The notes: generated by a model not told the origin, from the sequence alone. A stretch of 40,000 nt of DNA from Pseudocitrobacter faecalis (GCF_003315335.1 NZ_QNRL01000003.1); one strand, 5' to 3'; positions 9,107 through 20,262 are shown, counted from the first letter of the stretch. Numbers and translations are program-made.

Positions 9107-10546
9107 ATGTCCAAAAACTATGCGGCACTGGCGAAGTCCATCGTCGATTTACTGGGCGGCGTCAATAACATCAGCGCGGTGACCCACTGCATGACGCGTT
9201 TGCGCTTTGTACTGAAAGACGACGCATTGGTCGATAGTCCCGCGCTGAAAAGCCTGAGCGGCGTACTCGGCGTGGTGCGCAGCGATAACCAGTGCCAGGT
9301 GATCATCGGCAACACCGTTTCTCAGGCATATCGGGAAGTCGTGAGTTTGCTGCCGGAGAACATGCAACCCGCCGAACCCGCGGGAAAACCGAAGGTCACC
9401 CTCAAGCGCATCGGCGCGGGGATCCTCGACGCACTGATCGGCACCATGTCGCCGCTGATCCCGGCGATTATCGGCGGATCGATGGTCAAGCTGCTGGCGA
9501 TGATCCTCGAAATGTCCGGCGTGCTGACCAAAGGTACGCCGACGTTGACTATCCTGACGGTGATCGGCGACGGCGCGTTCTTCTTCCTGCCGCTGATGGT
9601 CGCCGCCTCTGCCGCCGTGAAATTCAAAACCAACATGTCGCTGGCCATCGCCATTGCAGGCGTGCTGGTGCACCCAAGCTTTATCGAACTGATGGCGAAA
9701 GCCGCGCAGGGCGAGCACGTAGAATTCGCCTTCGTGCCGGTCACGGCGGTGAAATATACCTATACGGTTATTCCGGCGCTGGTGATGACCTGGTGCCTGT
9801 CGTACATCGAACGCTGGGTGGATCGCATCACCCCGGCGGTAACGAAAAACTTCCTCAAACCGATGCTGATTGTGCTGATTGCGGCCCCGCTGGCGATCCT
9901 GCTTATCGGCCCGATTGGTATCTGGATCGGTAGCGGCATTTCTGCGCTGGTTTACACCATTCACGGTTATCTGGGCTGGCTGTCCGTCGCCATTATGGGT
10001 GCGCTCTGGCCGCTGCTGGTGATGACCGGGATGCACCGCGTCTTTACGCCCACCATTATTCAAACCATCGCTGAAACGGGTAAAGAGGGAATGGTGATGC
10101 CGTCGGAAATCGGCGCGAACCTGTCGCTGGGCGGCTCATCGCTGGCGGTGGCGTGGAAAACCAAAAATCCGGAGCTGCGCCAGACGGCGCTGGCTGCGGC
10201 GGCGTCTGCCATTCTGGCGGGCATCTCTGAACCGGCGCTGTACGGCGTGGCGGTCAGGCTGAAGCGTCCGTTAATCGCCAGCCTGATCAGCGGCTTTATC
10301 TGCGGTGCCGTTGCAGGGATTGCCGGGCTTGCCAGCCACTCAATGGCGGCTCCTGGCCTGTTCACCAGCGTGCAGTTCTTTGACCCCGCGAATCCGATGA
10401 CCATTGTGTGGGTCTTTGGCGTGATGGCGCTGGCAGTGGTGCTCTCCTTTATTCTGACCCTGCTCCTCGGCTTTGAAGATATCCCGGTCGAAGAGGCCGC
10501 CGCCGATGCCCGCACGCGTCAGGCCGCAGCACCAGCATCCGTCTGA
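9107..10546 (+). CDS. ascF: PTS beta-glucoside-specific EIIBC component
   Basis: 479 aa with the EIIB motif VTHCMTRLRF followed by a polytopic EIIC domain. Collinear with recalled E. coli AscF. Confidence 0.93.
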   Translation: MSKNYAALAKSIVDLLGGVNNISAVTHCMTRLRFVLKDDALVDSPALKSLSGVLGVVRSDNQCQVIIGNTVSQAYREVVSLLPENMQPAEPAGKPKVTLKRIGAGILDALIGTMSPLIPAIIGGSMVKLLAMILEMSGVLTKGTPTLTILTVIGDGAFFFLPLMVAASAAVKFKTNMSLAIAIAGVLVHPSFIELMAKAAQGEHVEFAFVPVTAVKYTYTVIPALVMTWCLSYIERWVDRITPAVTKNFLKPMLIVLIAAPLAILLIGPIGIWIGSGISALVYTIHGYLGWLSVAIMGALWPLLVMTGMHRVFTPTIIQTIAETGKEGMVMPSEIGANLSLGGSSLAVAWKTKNPELRQTALAAAASAILAGISEPALYGVAVRLKRPLIASLISGFICGAVAGIAGLASHSMAAPGLFTSVQFFDPANPMTIVWVFGVMALAVVLSFILTLLLGFEDIPVEEAAADARTRQAAAPASV

Positions 10547-10555
10547 ATCACATAA

Positions 10556-11998
<1,443 letters not shown>

Positions 11999-12000
11999 CC

Positions 12001-12040
12001 CCTCACCCCGGCCCTCTCCCACAGGGAGAGGGAGAAAACC
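12001..12040. repeat. C-rich small palindromic repeat (boxC-like) acting as a hairpin between ascB and the toxin gene
   Basis: cctcaccccggCCCTCTCCCacaGGGAGAGGGagaaaacc has a 9-bp perfect stem (12012-12020 / 12024-12032). There is no T-run on either strand. It resembles the ccctctccc...gggagaggg repeats I recall from enterobacterial genomes. Confidence 0.4.
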
Positions 12041-12043
12041 CGG

Positions 12044-12412
12044 CTACTGAGGATCAATTAAATCCACGACCATACCGAGAATTTCATCCATCACCCAGGG
12101 CGAAACGGTTGAGGCATAACGTGCTTTACGCTCCAGCAAATCAAGGGCGCGGAGCTGATAACATAAAACCACCCCGGTGATTTTTCCGGTATCCGTGCTA
12201 TCACCATCCAGCCAGACTGTTACCGCTTTCGAGCGTGCCAGACCGCCACCGCTGGTAATTGGTAGGCATACCGCCGTACCTAAAGCGGCGACCAGTTTTT
12301 TTTCTGAAAGAACCAGATAGTAGTGCGCACCTTTAAATTCATGCCCCTCTACCGGATCGCCGTTTACGTGCCAGATTTCTCCCTTTGCCGGAATCCGCTT
12401 TCCCTGCGCCAT
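12044..12412 (-). CDS. MazF/PemK/ChpB-family type II toxin (endoribonuclease fold)
   Basis: 122 aa. GEIWHVNGDPVEGHEFKGAHYYLVLS ... AVCLPITSGG follows the MazF pattern (GDIxxVDFDPxxGxExxGxRPxxVxS ... VxPxT). Its ATG overlaps the upstream gene's TAA by 1 nt (TAATG at 12410-12414). Confidence 0.8.
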   Translation of the reverse strand: MAQGKRIPAKGEIWHVNGDPVEGHEFKGAHYYLVLSEKKLVAALGTAVCLPITSGGGLARSKAVTVWLDGDSTDTGKITGVVLCYQLRALDLLERKARYASTVSPWVMDEILGMVVDLIDPQ

Positions 12413-12684
12413 TAAATTTTCTCCTTGCCCTTCGGAGTATCAGCTAAATCATCGGCTAATGACTGGTTGAGGCTGGCAATTTCGTTTTCATCGATGCCAT
12501 CCAGAATTTCAGCAACCGAGCGACGCCCTCTGGCCCGACGCTTTGCAGGCGTGATGCTGACCGTGTCGCCATGCGCTTTTACATTGAGCATGGTGCCCAC
12601 CACCCACCCCATCAGCGATGCAATTTCGCCGGGGATGGTGACCACAACCGCCCCGCCCTGCTGCCTGAGTTTTGTTAACGGCAT
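12412..12684 (-). CDS. AbrB/MazE/SpoVT-family antitoxin
   Basis: 90 aa with an N-terminal swapped-hairpin motif (GGAVVVTIPGEIASLMGWVVGTMLNV) and an acidic, disordered C-terminus. It lies upstream of the toxin and is translationally coupled to it. GGAGG Shine-Dalgarno at 12690-12694. Confidence 0.8.
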   Translation of the reverse strand: MPLTKLRQQGGAVVVTIPGEIASLMGWVVGTMLNVKAHGDTVSITPAKRRARGRRSVAEILDGIDENEIASLNQSLADDLADTPKGKEKI

Positions 12685-12822
12685 ATTTCCTCCGATGAGT
12701 GCAACAAAGTCTCACTCAGCATATATCCTGAGTAACACAAAGTCACACTAAAATCGTGCGATTTTTATTGCTGACACAAGGGGGTAATTACAAGAAACTG
12801 GGAGAATGTAAGGTAACAGCAG

Positions 12823-12903
12823 TGCCGGATGGCGCTAACGCTTATCCGGCCTACGGTATGGCATAGATTGGTAGGCCGGATAAGGCGCAGCCGCCATCCG
12901 GCA
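12823..12903. repeat. BIME: two inverted REP elements
   Basis: tgccggatggcgctaacgcttatccggcctac (12823-12854) and gtaggccggataaggcgcagccgccatccggca (12871-12903) are classic enterobacterial REP sequences in inverted orientation. They lie immediately 3' of hycI. Confidence 0.7.
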
Positions 12904-12906
12904 TTG

Positions 12907-13374
12907 TTACTCCTCGGCCTCTAACTGCGCAAATCCGCCGTTGCCTTCCCAGCCCTCCAGCCGTTGATAAACCACTTCTACCGCGTCTTTTATTGCCTGA
13001 GTCATTGGGTAATAGAAACCAACAATATCCGGTTGAATGCCGAGGAAAATCACCTCGCCAACATCCTTTTTGAGCTGATCGACCAGGTAGTTCAGCGGCA
13101 TATTGTGGGTGGTCATCATAAACATCTCGGCGATGTCATCCGGGTCGATAATGCGGATTTCACCAGGGTTAAGCCCCATGTCGGTGGCATCGACAATTAG
13201 CAGACGTTCCGGGTGCAGTTCGCGAATGGCGAAGACGTCGTTTTCCGGCGCACTGCCGCCGTCAATCACCACCCAGTTGCCTTTCGGCGCGGCGGCGCAC
13301 ATTTCGGCGAGCAGCGGGCCTGCACCATCGTCGCCCATCATGCTGTTGCCTACGCAAAGTAATACGTCAGTCAC
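12907..13374 (-). CDS. hycI: Hydrogenase 3 maturation endopeptidase
   Basis: 155 aa, near-identical to recalled E. coli HycI ([24 protein letters not shown]...). Confidence 0.95.
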   Translation of the reverse strand: MTDVLLCVGNSMMGDDGAGPLLAEMCAAAPKGNWVVIDGGSAPENDVFAIRELHPERLLIVDATDMGLNPGEIRIIDPDDIAEMFMMTTHNMPLNYLVDQLKKDVGEVIFLGIQPDIVGFYYPMTQAIKDAVEVVYQRLEGWEGNGGFAQLEAEE

Positions 13375-13777
13375 GAAGCCTCCGGACCATCAAATAAATC
13401 GCACTTTCCTGATAAATCGCGTGCAGCATACCGAGCATCGCTTCGCTCCATTCCTTCTGCTGCGCCGTTTGCACCGCGCGCGCTTTATCAAACGCGTTCG
13501 CGAGCATAGAGACGTGATTACTGTCGATAACGATTTCACCGTACTTCGGCACACCTTCCATTTTGCGCCGCGCGACGCTGCCCTCTTCAAGGGTAGCAAT
13601 CCATGCCAGGTATTGATCCCACGGGCAGGTCAGCGCGGCTTCGAGGCAGTCGATCACCCCGAGGTGGTGGCCAATCGCCAGGCTGTAATAGACAACCTGC
13701 TGCGCCTCAGACGGCGTTGCATCGTTCTCATCAATAAATTTACGGCTCAGTTGACTGAACACCACCGTTTCGCTCAT
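13367..13777 (-). CDS. hycH: Formate hydrogenlyase assembly/maturation protein
   Basis: 136 aa, collinear with recalled E. coli HycH. Overlaps hycI by 8 nt. Confidence 0.93.
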   Translation of the reverse strand: MSETVVFSQLSRKFIDENDATPSEAQQVVYYSLAIGHHLGVIDCLEAALTCPWDQYLAWIATLEEGSVARRKMEGVPKYGEIVIDSNHVSMLANAFDKARAVQTAQQKEWSEAMLGMLHAIYQESAIYLMVRRLRD

Positions 13778-14541
13778 CGGATACGCGCCTCTTCCACAAC
13801 ATGATTAAGCTGGCCGACAATTTCGGTCAGGCGTGGGTCGCTTTCGGCTTCCAGCCAGCGCTGAACCTGGTGATCGCCCTGCCCCAGCAGACGCATATAA
13901 TCGTCTGCAATCTGGCGGCCATAGCGATAGCCCGCCAGACGGCGCGCGGCGCGATCGATACGTACGCGCAGCGGTTGGTTCATATCCGCGTGCAGCAGTT
14001 CCGCCGGTTGTGCATCCAGTTCACCCGGCGCGCGGGCGTGGATTTTTTGCTCAAGCAGACCGAGCGCCATCGCGAAGCCATACAGCGTGGCAGCAGGCGT
14101 CGGCGGGCAGCCAGGGATGTAAACATCCACGGGCACGATTTTGTCGGTGCCGCCCCAGACGCAGTACAGGTCGTGGAAGATACCGCCGCTGTTGCCGCAG
14201 GCACCGTAAGAGATACAGATTTTCGGGTCTGGCGCCGATTGCCAGGCGCGCAGTGCCGGGGAACGCATAGCGCGGGTGACTGCGCCAGTAAACAGCAGGA
14301 TGTCCGCATGACGCGGCGACGGCACAACTTTAATGCCGAAGCGTTCTGCGTCAAACAGCGGTGAAAGCGTAGCGAAAATCTCGATTTCGCAGCCGTTGCA
14401 GCCGCCGCAGTCGACGCGGTAAACATACGCGGAACGTTTGATGTTTTTCAGTAACGCCGTTTTCATACTGGCGATGGACTCTTCCACCGTCATCGGCACC
14501 GGCATGCCGTTATCATCACGTGGGCCTAATAAAGCACTCAT
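13774..14541 (-). CDS. hycG: Hydrogenase 3 small subunit (NuoB-like)
   Basis: 255 aa with [10 protein letters not shown] and GCPP Fe-S motifs. ATGA overlap with hycH. Confidence 0.95.
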   Translation of the reverse strand: MSALLGPRDDNGMPVPMTVEESIASMKTALLKNIKRSAYVYRVDCGGCNGCEIEIFATLSPLFDAERFGIKVVPSPRHADILLFTGAVTRAMRSPALRAWQSAPDPKICISYGACGNSGGIFHDLYCVWGGTDKIVPVDVYIPGCPPTPAATLYGFAMALGLLEQKIHARAPGELDAQPAELLHADMNQPLRVRIDRAARRLAGYRYGRQIADDYMRLLGQGDHQVQRWLEAESDPRLTEIVGQLNHVVEEARIR

Positions 14542-15083
14542 CAGCTGGCCTCTTTCATATGGCGAGTCAGTTCAATACGGTCGGACGGCACCAGGCATTT
14601 CTGGCGTTTGCATTCCGGGCAGGTTTCGAAGCTTTCGCGATGTTTCTCCGCGCGGCTGTCGCCGTTGTGCTTGAGGACAGCAATGGCGTAGTCGATCTCT
14701 TTTTGCACCGCGAACGGACGCTGGCAAATGCGGCAGTTACAGATGTCGAAGCGGGACTGCTGTAAGAAGTCCTCTTTTTTCCACACCGCCAGTTCGTACT
14801 CCTGCGACAGTTTAATCGCCGCCGTTGGGCAGACTTCTTCACAGCGGCCGCAGAAAATACAGCGGCCCAGGTTGAATTGCCACGCCAGTTGATTGGTGGC
14901 TAAATCCGTTTCTACCGTCAGCGCGTTAGACGGGCACGCGTTCACGCAGGCCGCACAGCCAACACATTGCTGCGGGTTATGTTCCGGTTTGCCACGGAAG
15001 TTTTTATCAACCGGCAGCGGCTCCAGCGGATACGACGAGGTGGTCGTACCGGTTTTGATCACTTTTTTGATAAAGGTAAACAT
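14541..15083 (-). CDS. hycF: FHL complex iron-sulfur subunit (2x[4Fe-4S] ferredoxin-like)
   Basis: 180 aa with the [12 protein letters not shown] and [12 protein letters not shown] motifs. Confidence 0.95.
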   Translation of the reverse strand: MFTFIKKVIKTGTTTSSYPLEPLPVDKNFRGKPEHNPQQCVGCAACVNACPSNALTVETDLATNQLAWQFNLGRCIFCGRCEEVCPTAAIKLSQEYELAVWKKEDFLQQSRFDICNCRICQRPFAVQKEIDYAIAVLKHNGDSRAEKHRESFETCPECKRQKCLVPSDRIELTRHMKEAS

Positions 15084-15092
15084 GGCGATTCC

Positions 15093-16802
15093 TTATTTCA
15101 GCGGCGAGTTTTTACGCTCGATGCTGTAGCGCTCAAGTTCTTTGTACGGCACCACTTTGCTTTTCTTCTTACGCACATCAACCACGGTCATGCGGTCGGT
15201 ACAGGAGTAGCAAGGGTCGAGGCTACCGATGATCAGCGGCGCATCGGAAACGGTGTTACCGCGCAGCATGTAGCGCAGGGTCGGCCAGTTGGCGTAGGTC
15301 GCGGCACGGCAGCGCCAGCGGTAGAGTTTCTGGTTGTCGCCGGTCATGCTCCAGTGGATATCATCACCACGTGGTGCTTCAGAGAAACCGAGGGCGAAGC
15401 GATGCGGAATGTAGGTAAAACCTTCCACCGCCAGCGCGCCGCCCGGCAGGTTATCCAGACCGTAGTCAATCATGTTCAGTGCGGTGAAGACTTCGTTGAT
15501 ACGCACTTTCAGGCGCGAAATCACGTCACAACCCTGCTCACTGTGCACTTCCATTGGCAGCAGGCCGTAACCGACAAACGGGTGATCGGCGCGGGTGTCG
15601 CGGGCGTGTCCGCTGGCACGAACCATCGGGCCAACGTTACTAAAGTCGCGGGCGATCTCCGGGTCAAGACGACCAATGCCCACGGTGCGCTGTTCCATGT
15701 TCGGCGTGCTGAGGAGCATATGCACAAGCTCCTGTACGTCGCGGCGCATCTGCTGCGCGAGCTGACGGGTCTGGATCATGTCATCTTTCAGCAGATCGCG
15801 ACGAATACCGCCAATCAGGTTCAGGCCGTAGGTTTTACGCGCGCCGGTGAGGATTTCCGCCATTTTCATGGAGGTTTCACGCACGCGGAAGAACTGCATA
15901 AAGCCGGAGTCAAACCCGGTGAAGTGGCAGGCCAGGCCGAGGTTCAGCAGGTGCGAGTGCAGGCGTTCCACTTCCAGCAGAATGGCGCGGATCATCTGCG
16001 CACGTTCCGGCACCACGATGCCCATCGCATTCTCAACGGAGGTGGTGTACGCCGTGCTGTGGGCGAAGCCGCAGATACCGCATACACGATCCGACAGGAA
16101 GGTGACTTCGTTGTAGCCCATACGAGTTTCCGCCAGTTTCTCCATGCCACGGTGGACATAGAAAAGGCGGTAGTCGGCGTCAATAATGTTTTCACCGTCA
16201 ACGAACAGGCGGAAATGGCCCGGTTCATCGGAGGTCACATGCAGCGGGCCAATCGGCACCACGTTGTTTTTCTTGCTGCCCAGTTCGTTGATGAACTCGT
16301 AGGTTTCCGCATCCGTGGTCGGGGCCGGGCGCTGACGGTAATCCATGCTGTCTTTACGCAGCGGATAGAGTTCGTCCGGCCAGTCATCCGGCAGTACCAG
16401 GCGGCGTTCATCCGGCAGGCCAACCGGAATCAACCCGTACATGTCGCGCACTTCACGCTCGCCCCACACGGCGGCAGGCACGCGCGGCGTCACGGACGGA
16501 TATTCCAGCGTGTTGGGGTCGACTTCGACGCGCACGGTGACCCAGCACTTAGTGCCCTGCTCCATCGACAGCACATAGTAAACCGCGTAGTGACCGTTCA
16601 GCTTACGTTCGTCATTGCCGAACAGCACCGACAGCCAGCCGCCCTGTTTGTAGTAAAGAAACTCCACCACTTCCGGCAGGTAGTTCACCTTCACCGTAAC
16701 AGTGAGCTGATCTTTCGTCTGCCAGGCTTCATCCAGCACCACGCCGGGGAAAGCCTGATGCAGTGCAGCGAGATAGTGTTGACCGATTTTTTCTTCAGAC
16801 AT
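15093..16802 (-). CDS. hycE: Hydrogenase 3 [NiFe] large subunit
   Basis: 569 aa from MSEEKIGQHYL, the same start as recalled E. coli HycE. The track's extra two codons begin at a TTG. N-terminal Ni-binding RVCGICG and C-terminal DPCYSCTDR motifs are present. Confidence 0.95.
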   Translation of the reverse strand: MSEEKIGQHYLAALHQAFPGVVLDEAWQTKDQLTVTVKVNYLPEVVEFLYYKQGGWLSVLFGNDERKLNGHYAVYYVLSMEQGTKCWVTVRVEVDPNTLEYPSVTPRVPAAVWGEREVRDMYGLIPVGLPDERRLVLPDDWPDELYPLRKDSMDYRQRPAPTTDAETYEFINELGSKKNNVVPIGPLHVTSDEPGHFRLFVDGENIIDADYRLFYVHRGMEKLAETRMGYNEVTFLSDRVCGICGFAHSTAYTTSVENAMGIVVPERAQMIRAILLEVERLHSHLLNLGLACHFTGFDSGFMQFFRVRETSMKMAEILTGARKTYGLNLIGGIRRDLLKDDMIQTRQLAQQMRRDVQELVHMLLSTPNMEQRTVGIGRLDPEIARDFSNVGPMVRASGHARDTRADHPFVGYGLLPMEVHSEQGCDVISRLKVRINEVFTALNMIDYGLDNLPGGALAVEGFTYIPHRFALGFSEAPRGDDIHWSMTGDNQKLYRWRCRAATYANWPTLRYMLRGNTVSDAPLIIGSLDPCYSCTDRMTVVDVRKKKSKVVPYKELERYSIERKNSPLK

Positions 16803-16818
16803 GCTCAAACTCTCTTAA

Positions 16819-17742
16819 TCACGCCGCCAGCAAGGAGACGAAAGCTAAAAACGCAAAACCAAAACCCGCCCAGGTGACGCGAGACGTGGCACAAAAACGC
16901 AGACGCGCCATGCTGTTTTCGAACAGGGCGATAACCAGTACGCCGACCACCAGTTTGACGACCGCCGCCACCAGTGCCAGCACAAGGCCGCCAACGCTGA
17001 AGCTGGTCATCTGGCCCCATGGGATAAAGACGCCGACGAACATTTGCAGCACCACCAGTTGTTTCAGGCTAATACCCCACTTCAGCACCGCAAATCCGCT
17101 ACCGCTGTACTCGGTCAACGGCCCTTCCTGCAACTCCTGCTCTGCTTCAGCCAGGTCGAACGGCAATTTGCCCATTTCGATAAAGGTGGCAAATGCGCAG
17201 GCGCACAGGGCCAGCAGCAGCGGCAGGGTGTGAGAAACAGGCCAGTGATAAACGGTGTTCGCGATATTGCTGATGTGCGTAGACCCTGCCACCAGCGCGG
17301 CAACCCACAGGCCAAGCAGCAGAATCGGCTCCACCAGCACGCCGAGCATCGCTTCACGGCTTGCGCCGATAGCGGTGAATGGACTACCGGTATCCAGCCC
17401 AGCGATGGCAAAGAAGAAACGGGCAATGGCGAACAGATAAATCAGGGTGATGAGATCGCCCAGAGACGGCATCAGCGAGCCCACCGTTACCACTGGCAAC
17501 GCGGTGGCAATGGTCAGCATCACGCCCACCATCACAAACGGCGTCAGGCGGAAGACCCAACCGGACGCATCCGGCCCGACGCTCTGGCGGCCCAGCAGTT
17601 TGATAATGTCGCGATACTCCTGCAACACCCCCGGCCCACGGCGGTTATGCATACGCGCGCGGGCCACGCGGGTAATGCCGGACAGCAGCGGCGCCGCGGC
17701 AAACAGCACCAGCGCCTGCAGTAATGCAAAGAAAACGGTCAT
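16819..17742 (-). CDS. hycD: FHL membrane subunit (NuoH-like)
   Basis: 307 aa, polytopic membrane protein. Synteny and similarity to recalled E. coli HycD. Confidence 0.93.
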   Translation of the reverse strand: MTVFFALLQALVLFAAAPLLSGITRVARARMHNRRGPGVLQEYRDIIKLLGRQSVGPDASGWVFRLTPFVMVGVMLTIATALPVVTVGSLMPSLGDLITLIYLFAIARFFFAIAGLDTGSPFTAIGASREAMLGVLVEPILLLGLWVAALVAGSTHISNIANTVYHWPVSHTLPLLLALCACAFATFIEMGKLPFDLAEAEQELQEGPLTEYSGSGFAVLKWGISLKQLVVLQMFVGVFIPWGQMTSFSVGGLVLALVAAVVKLVVGVLVIALFENSMARLRFCATSRVTWAGFGFAFLAFVSLLAA

Positions 17743-17744
17743 TC

Positions 17745-19571
17745 TCAGGCTCCTCGCGAAATCACAATCACCACCAGCACGGCAAGCTCAATAAATGCCA
17801 CACCGCGCAGCAGCGCAGGTGCACTGGCGCTCTGCCAGCCCGGCACCAGACGCACCGGGTTCAGCCAGTCGCGCAGTTTCAGCACCACGGCAAAGGCTTC
17901 TTTCACCGGCATAGCAAAACCGTGAGCGGTCACCACCATCGATTGTTCATGGTCATAGCCACACACCCACGCCGCACCGCGTGCACGGTTCGGCAGGCGG
18001 TCGCCTTTGAAGATAAGCATGATGATGAACGGCAGCAGCGGGCAGGCAATCAGCAGCAAGGTGATCATTGGCTGAGATACCACGGTGCTCGCGGTCTGCA
18101 GCGGCAGCGGCACGGCAGAGGTCAGCAGCGGCAGCAACCACGGTGCCGCAACGCCACCCACGACACACAGCAGCGCCATCGCAGCGGTGCTCACGCCCAT
18201 CAGCAATGGTGCGCAGCAGGCGTTTTCCGCCTCTTTAGTACGCGGTGCGCCGAGGAAGGTAACGCCATAGACTTTCGCCATACACATCACCGCCAGTGCG
18301 CCGGTAATGGCGAGGCCTACCGCCAGCAGCGGCCCTAACAGACGGCCAATAAACAGGTCGCTGGCGCTCAGTTTGAAGAAGGATTGATAGATAACCCATT
18401 CGCCCGCGAAGCCGTTCAGCGGCGGCAGCGCAGCCATCGCCATCAGGCCAACCAGCATGGCAATGGAGATAACCGGCATTTTTTTGCCGATACCGCCCAG
18501 TTTTTCGATATCGCGATGCCCGGTGCGATACCACACCGCGCCCGCGCCGAGAAACAGCGTGGTTTTAAACAGGCTGTGGTTTACCAGGTGATAGAGACCA
18601 CCGGTTAAACCGAGCGCCACCAGCACCGGCTGTTGCAGCGCAATACCGGTGACCCCCGCGCCAAGGCCAAGCAGAATGATGCCGATATTTTCCAGCGTGT
18701 GGTACGCCAGCAGACGCTGAATATTGTGTTCCATCAGCGCATAAAGGCCGCCAACAAATGCGGTGATCATTCCCAAAACCAGTAGGGCAATGCCCCACCA
18801 CAGCGGTTGATTCACGCCAATCAGCGAGACGGTCAGAATGCCGAGTAAACCCACTTTCATCACCACGGCGGAGAACAGCGCCGCAGCCGGTGCGCTGGCA
18901 TTAGCATGCGCCTGCGGCACCCAACCATGCAGCGGAATAATCCCCGCCAGCAGGCCGAAGCCCAGTACGCTGAGTACCCAGATATCCGAGCCCAGCGGCA
19001 GAAGTTGAGTCCGTTCATTCAGTACCGAGAATTCCAGTGAGCCGTAACGCTGCCACAGCAGCCAGCAGGCGATCGCCAGCAGAATCGTGCCCAGGCGCCC
19101 CAGTGCAAACCACAGTTTGCCGGAGGTGGCGCAACCGGTCAGGAACGCGCCACACAGGGCCATGATTTCCGCCATAACGACCAGCGAACCGAGGTTATCC
19201 GCCACCGTGGCGCAAACCGCCGCAGCCATAAGAATGTTCATCAGCCAACCGTTGGCTTTCGCCTGCGGATGACGGTGCCAGGTAATATTAAACAGGCTGA
19301 TAAACAGACCACACAGGCCAAAAGCAATCAGCCAGATGGAATTCAGCGGCGTTGCCAGCACGCGATGACCGACCAGCGGGAGCACCCCGGCAATCGGCTG
19401 AGTGTGCGTTAATACGCTAAACCCCGCCAGCGCCGTACAGGCACTGCCGACCGCGCCGCCAATACCGGCAACCCAGCCGCTCAGCGGTTTATTGAACGAC
19501 AGCAGAAAAGCGAGCACCGCCGCCGCGGCAAACCAGGCGACTGCACTATCAATTAACGACATCACGCTCAT
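17745..19571 (-). CDS. hycC: FHL membrane subunit (NuoL/M/N antiporter-like)
   Basis: 608 aa, collinear with recalled E. coli HycC. Confidence 0.93.
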   Translation of the reverse strand: MSVMSLIDSAVAWFAAAAVLAFLLSFNKPLSGWVAGIGGAVGSACTALAGFSVLTHTQPIAGVLPLVGHRVLATPLNSIWLIAFGLCGLFISLFNITWHRHPQAKANGWLMNILMAAAVCATVADNLGSLVVMAEIMALCGAFLTGCATSGKLWFALGRLGTILLAIACWLLWQRYGSLEFSVLNERTQLLPLGSDIWVLSVLGFGLLAGIIPLHGWVPQAHANASAPAAALFSAVVMKVGLLGILTVSLIGVNQPLWWGIALLVLGMITAFVGGLYALMEHNIQRLLAYHTLENIGIILLGLGAGVTGIALQQPVLVALGLTGGLYHLVNHSLFKTTLFLGAGAVWYRTGHRDIEKLGGIGKKMPVISIAMLVGLMAMAALPPLNGFAGEWVIYQSFFKLSASDLFIGRLLGPLLAVGLAITGALAVMCMAKVYGVTFLGAPRTKEAENACCAPLLMGVSTAAMALLCVVGGVAAPWLLPLLTSAVPLPLQTASTVVSQPMITLLLIACPLLPFIIMLIFKGDRLPNRARGAAWVCGYDHEQSMVVTAHGFAMPVKEAFAVVLKLRDWLNPVRLVPGWQSASAPALLRGVAFIELAVLVVIVISRGA

Positions 19572-20179
19572 TTCGCCTCTCCTTCCTGCATGCTCTGCAA
19601 CAGCGACAGATCGCCTAAGTCGGTATTAAAGGTCAGTTCGCGTTTGCGTTTGCTGACGCGAGCAATATCCATGTTATTGACCAGATGCAGCGCTTTAGTT
19701 GGGCAGGTTCGTACGCAGGCCGGGCCTTCTTCGTCGAAGTTGCACAAATCGCATTTCACGGCGATGGCGCGAACGCCCGGCACCCAGTCGAGCAGCGTGC
19801 TCACACGCGCAGGCGCAGGCGGCGCAGGGAGCGCTTTCGGGGTATTGGCATTGGCCGGAATATCCAGCGGACGGCTGCCAGAGAATTCAATCGCCCCAAA
19901 CGGGCAGGCGATACCGCACAGTTTACAGCTTACGCACAGGCTCTCGTTGAGCTGTACCGCGCCGTCGACGCGGTTGATGGCGTTCACCGGACAAACGGTG
20001 GCGCACGGCGCGTCTTCACAGTGGTGGCACATCTGCGGGGCAGATTCTTTTTCATTGCGCATTACGCGCAGACGCGGCATGGACTGCAATCCATGCTGGC
20101 GATGCGTCTCGGAACAGGCGGCTTCGCAGGTGCGGCAGCCAATACAGACGCTTGAGTCAGCAATTACAAAACGGTTCAC
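19568..20179 (-). CDS. hycB: FHL iron-sulfur subunit (4x[4Fe-4S] ferredoxin-like)
   Basis: 203 aa starting MNRFVIADSSVCIGCRTCEAAC. ATGA overlap with hycC. Confidence 0.95.
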   Translation of the reverse strand: MNRFVIADSSVCIGCRTCEAACSETHRQHGLQSMPRLRVMRNEKESAPQMCHHCEDAPCATVCPVNAINRVDGAVQLNESLCVSCKLCGIACPFGAIEFSGSRPLDIPANANTPKALPAPPAPARVSTLLDWVPGVRAIAVKCDLCNFDEEGPACVRTCPTKALHLVNNMDIARVSKRKRELTFNTDLGDLSLLQSMQEGEAK

Positions 20180-20199
20180 CAGGTCTTCCTCAGGTGACA

Positions 20200-20252
20200 G
20201 TCATTTTTGACGAAATCATGCAGAGCAAGTGTCATTTCGACACCTGTCGACA
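20200..20252. promoter_or_regulatory. FhlA-type motif cluster in the hycA-hycB spacer
   Basis: GTCATTT occurs at 20200-20206 and 20231-20237, 31 bp apart. The second extends to tgtcatttcgacacc and is followed by the palindrome tgtcgaca (20245-20252). The same CATTTCG core is found in the hyc-hyp intergenic region. Confidence 0.35.
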
Positions 20253-20262
20253 CACCGGTACT

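Noticed and set aside
14967-16877. A 636-aa ORF antisense to hycE, plus similar long antisense ORFs at 4216-5343, 9149-10063, 22034-23089, 17044-17724 and 17724-18338
   Set aside because: These are shadow ORFs of GC-rich, strongly codon-biased genes. Their translations are Arg/His/Gln/Ala-rich low-complexity sequence with no recognisable domains, whereas the opposite strand encodes near-perfect matches to known proteins.
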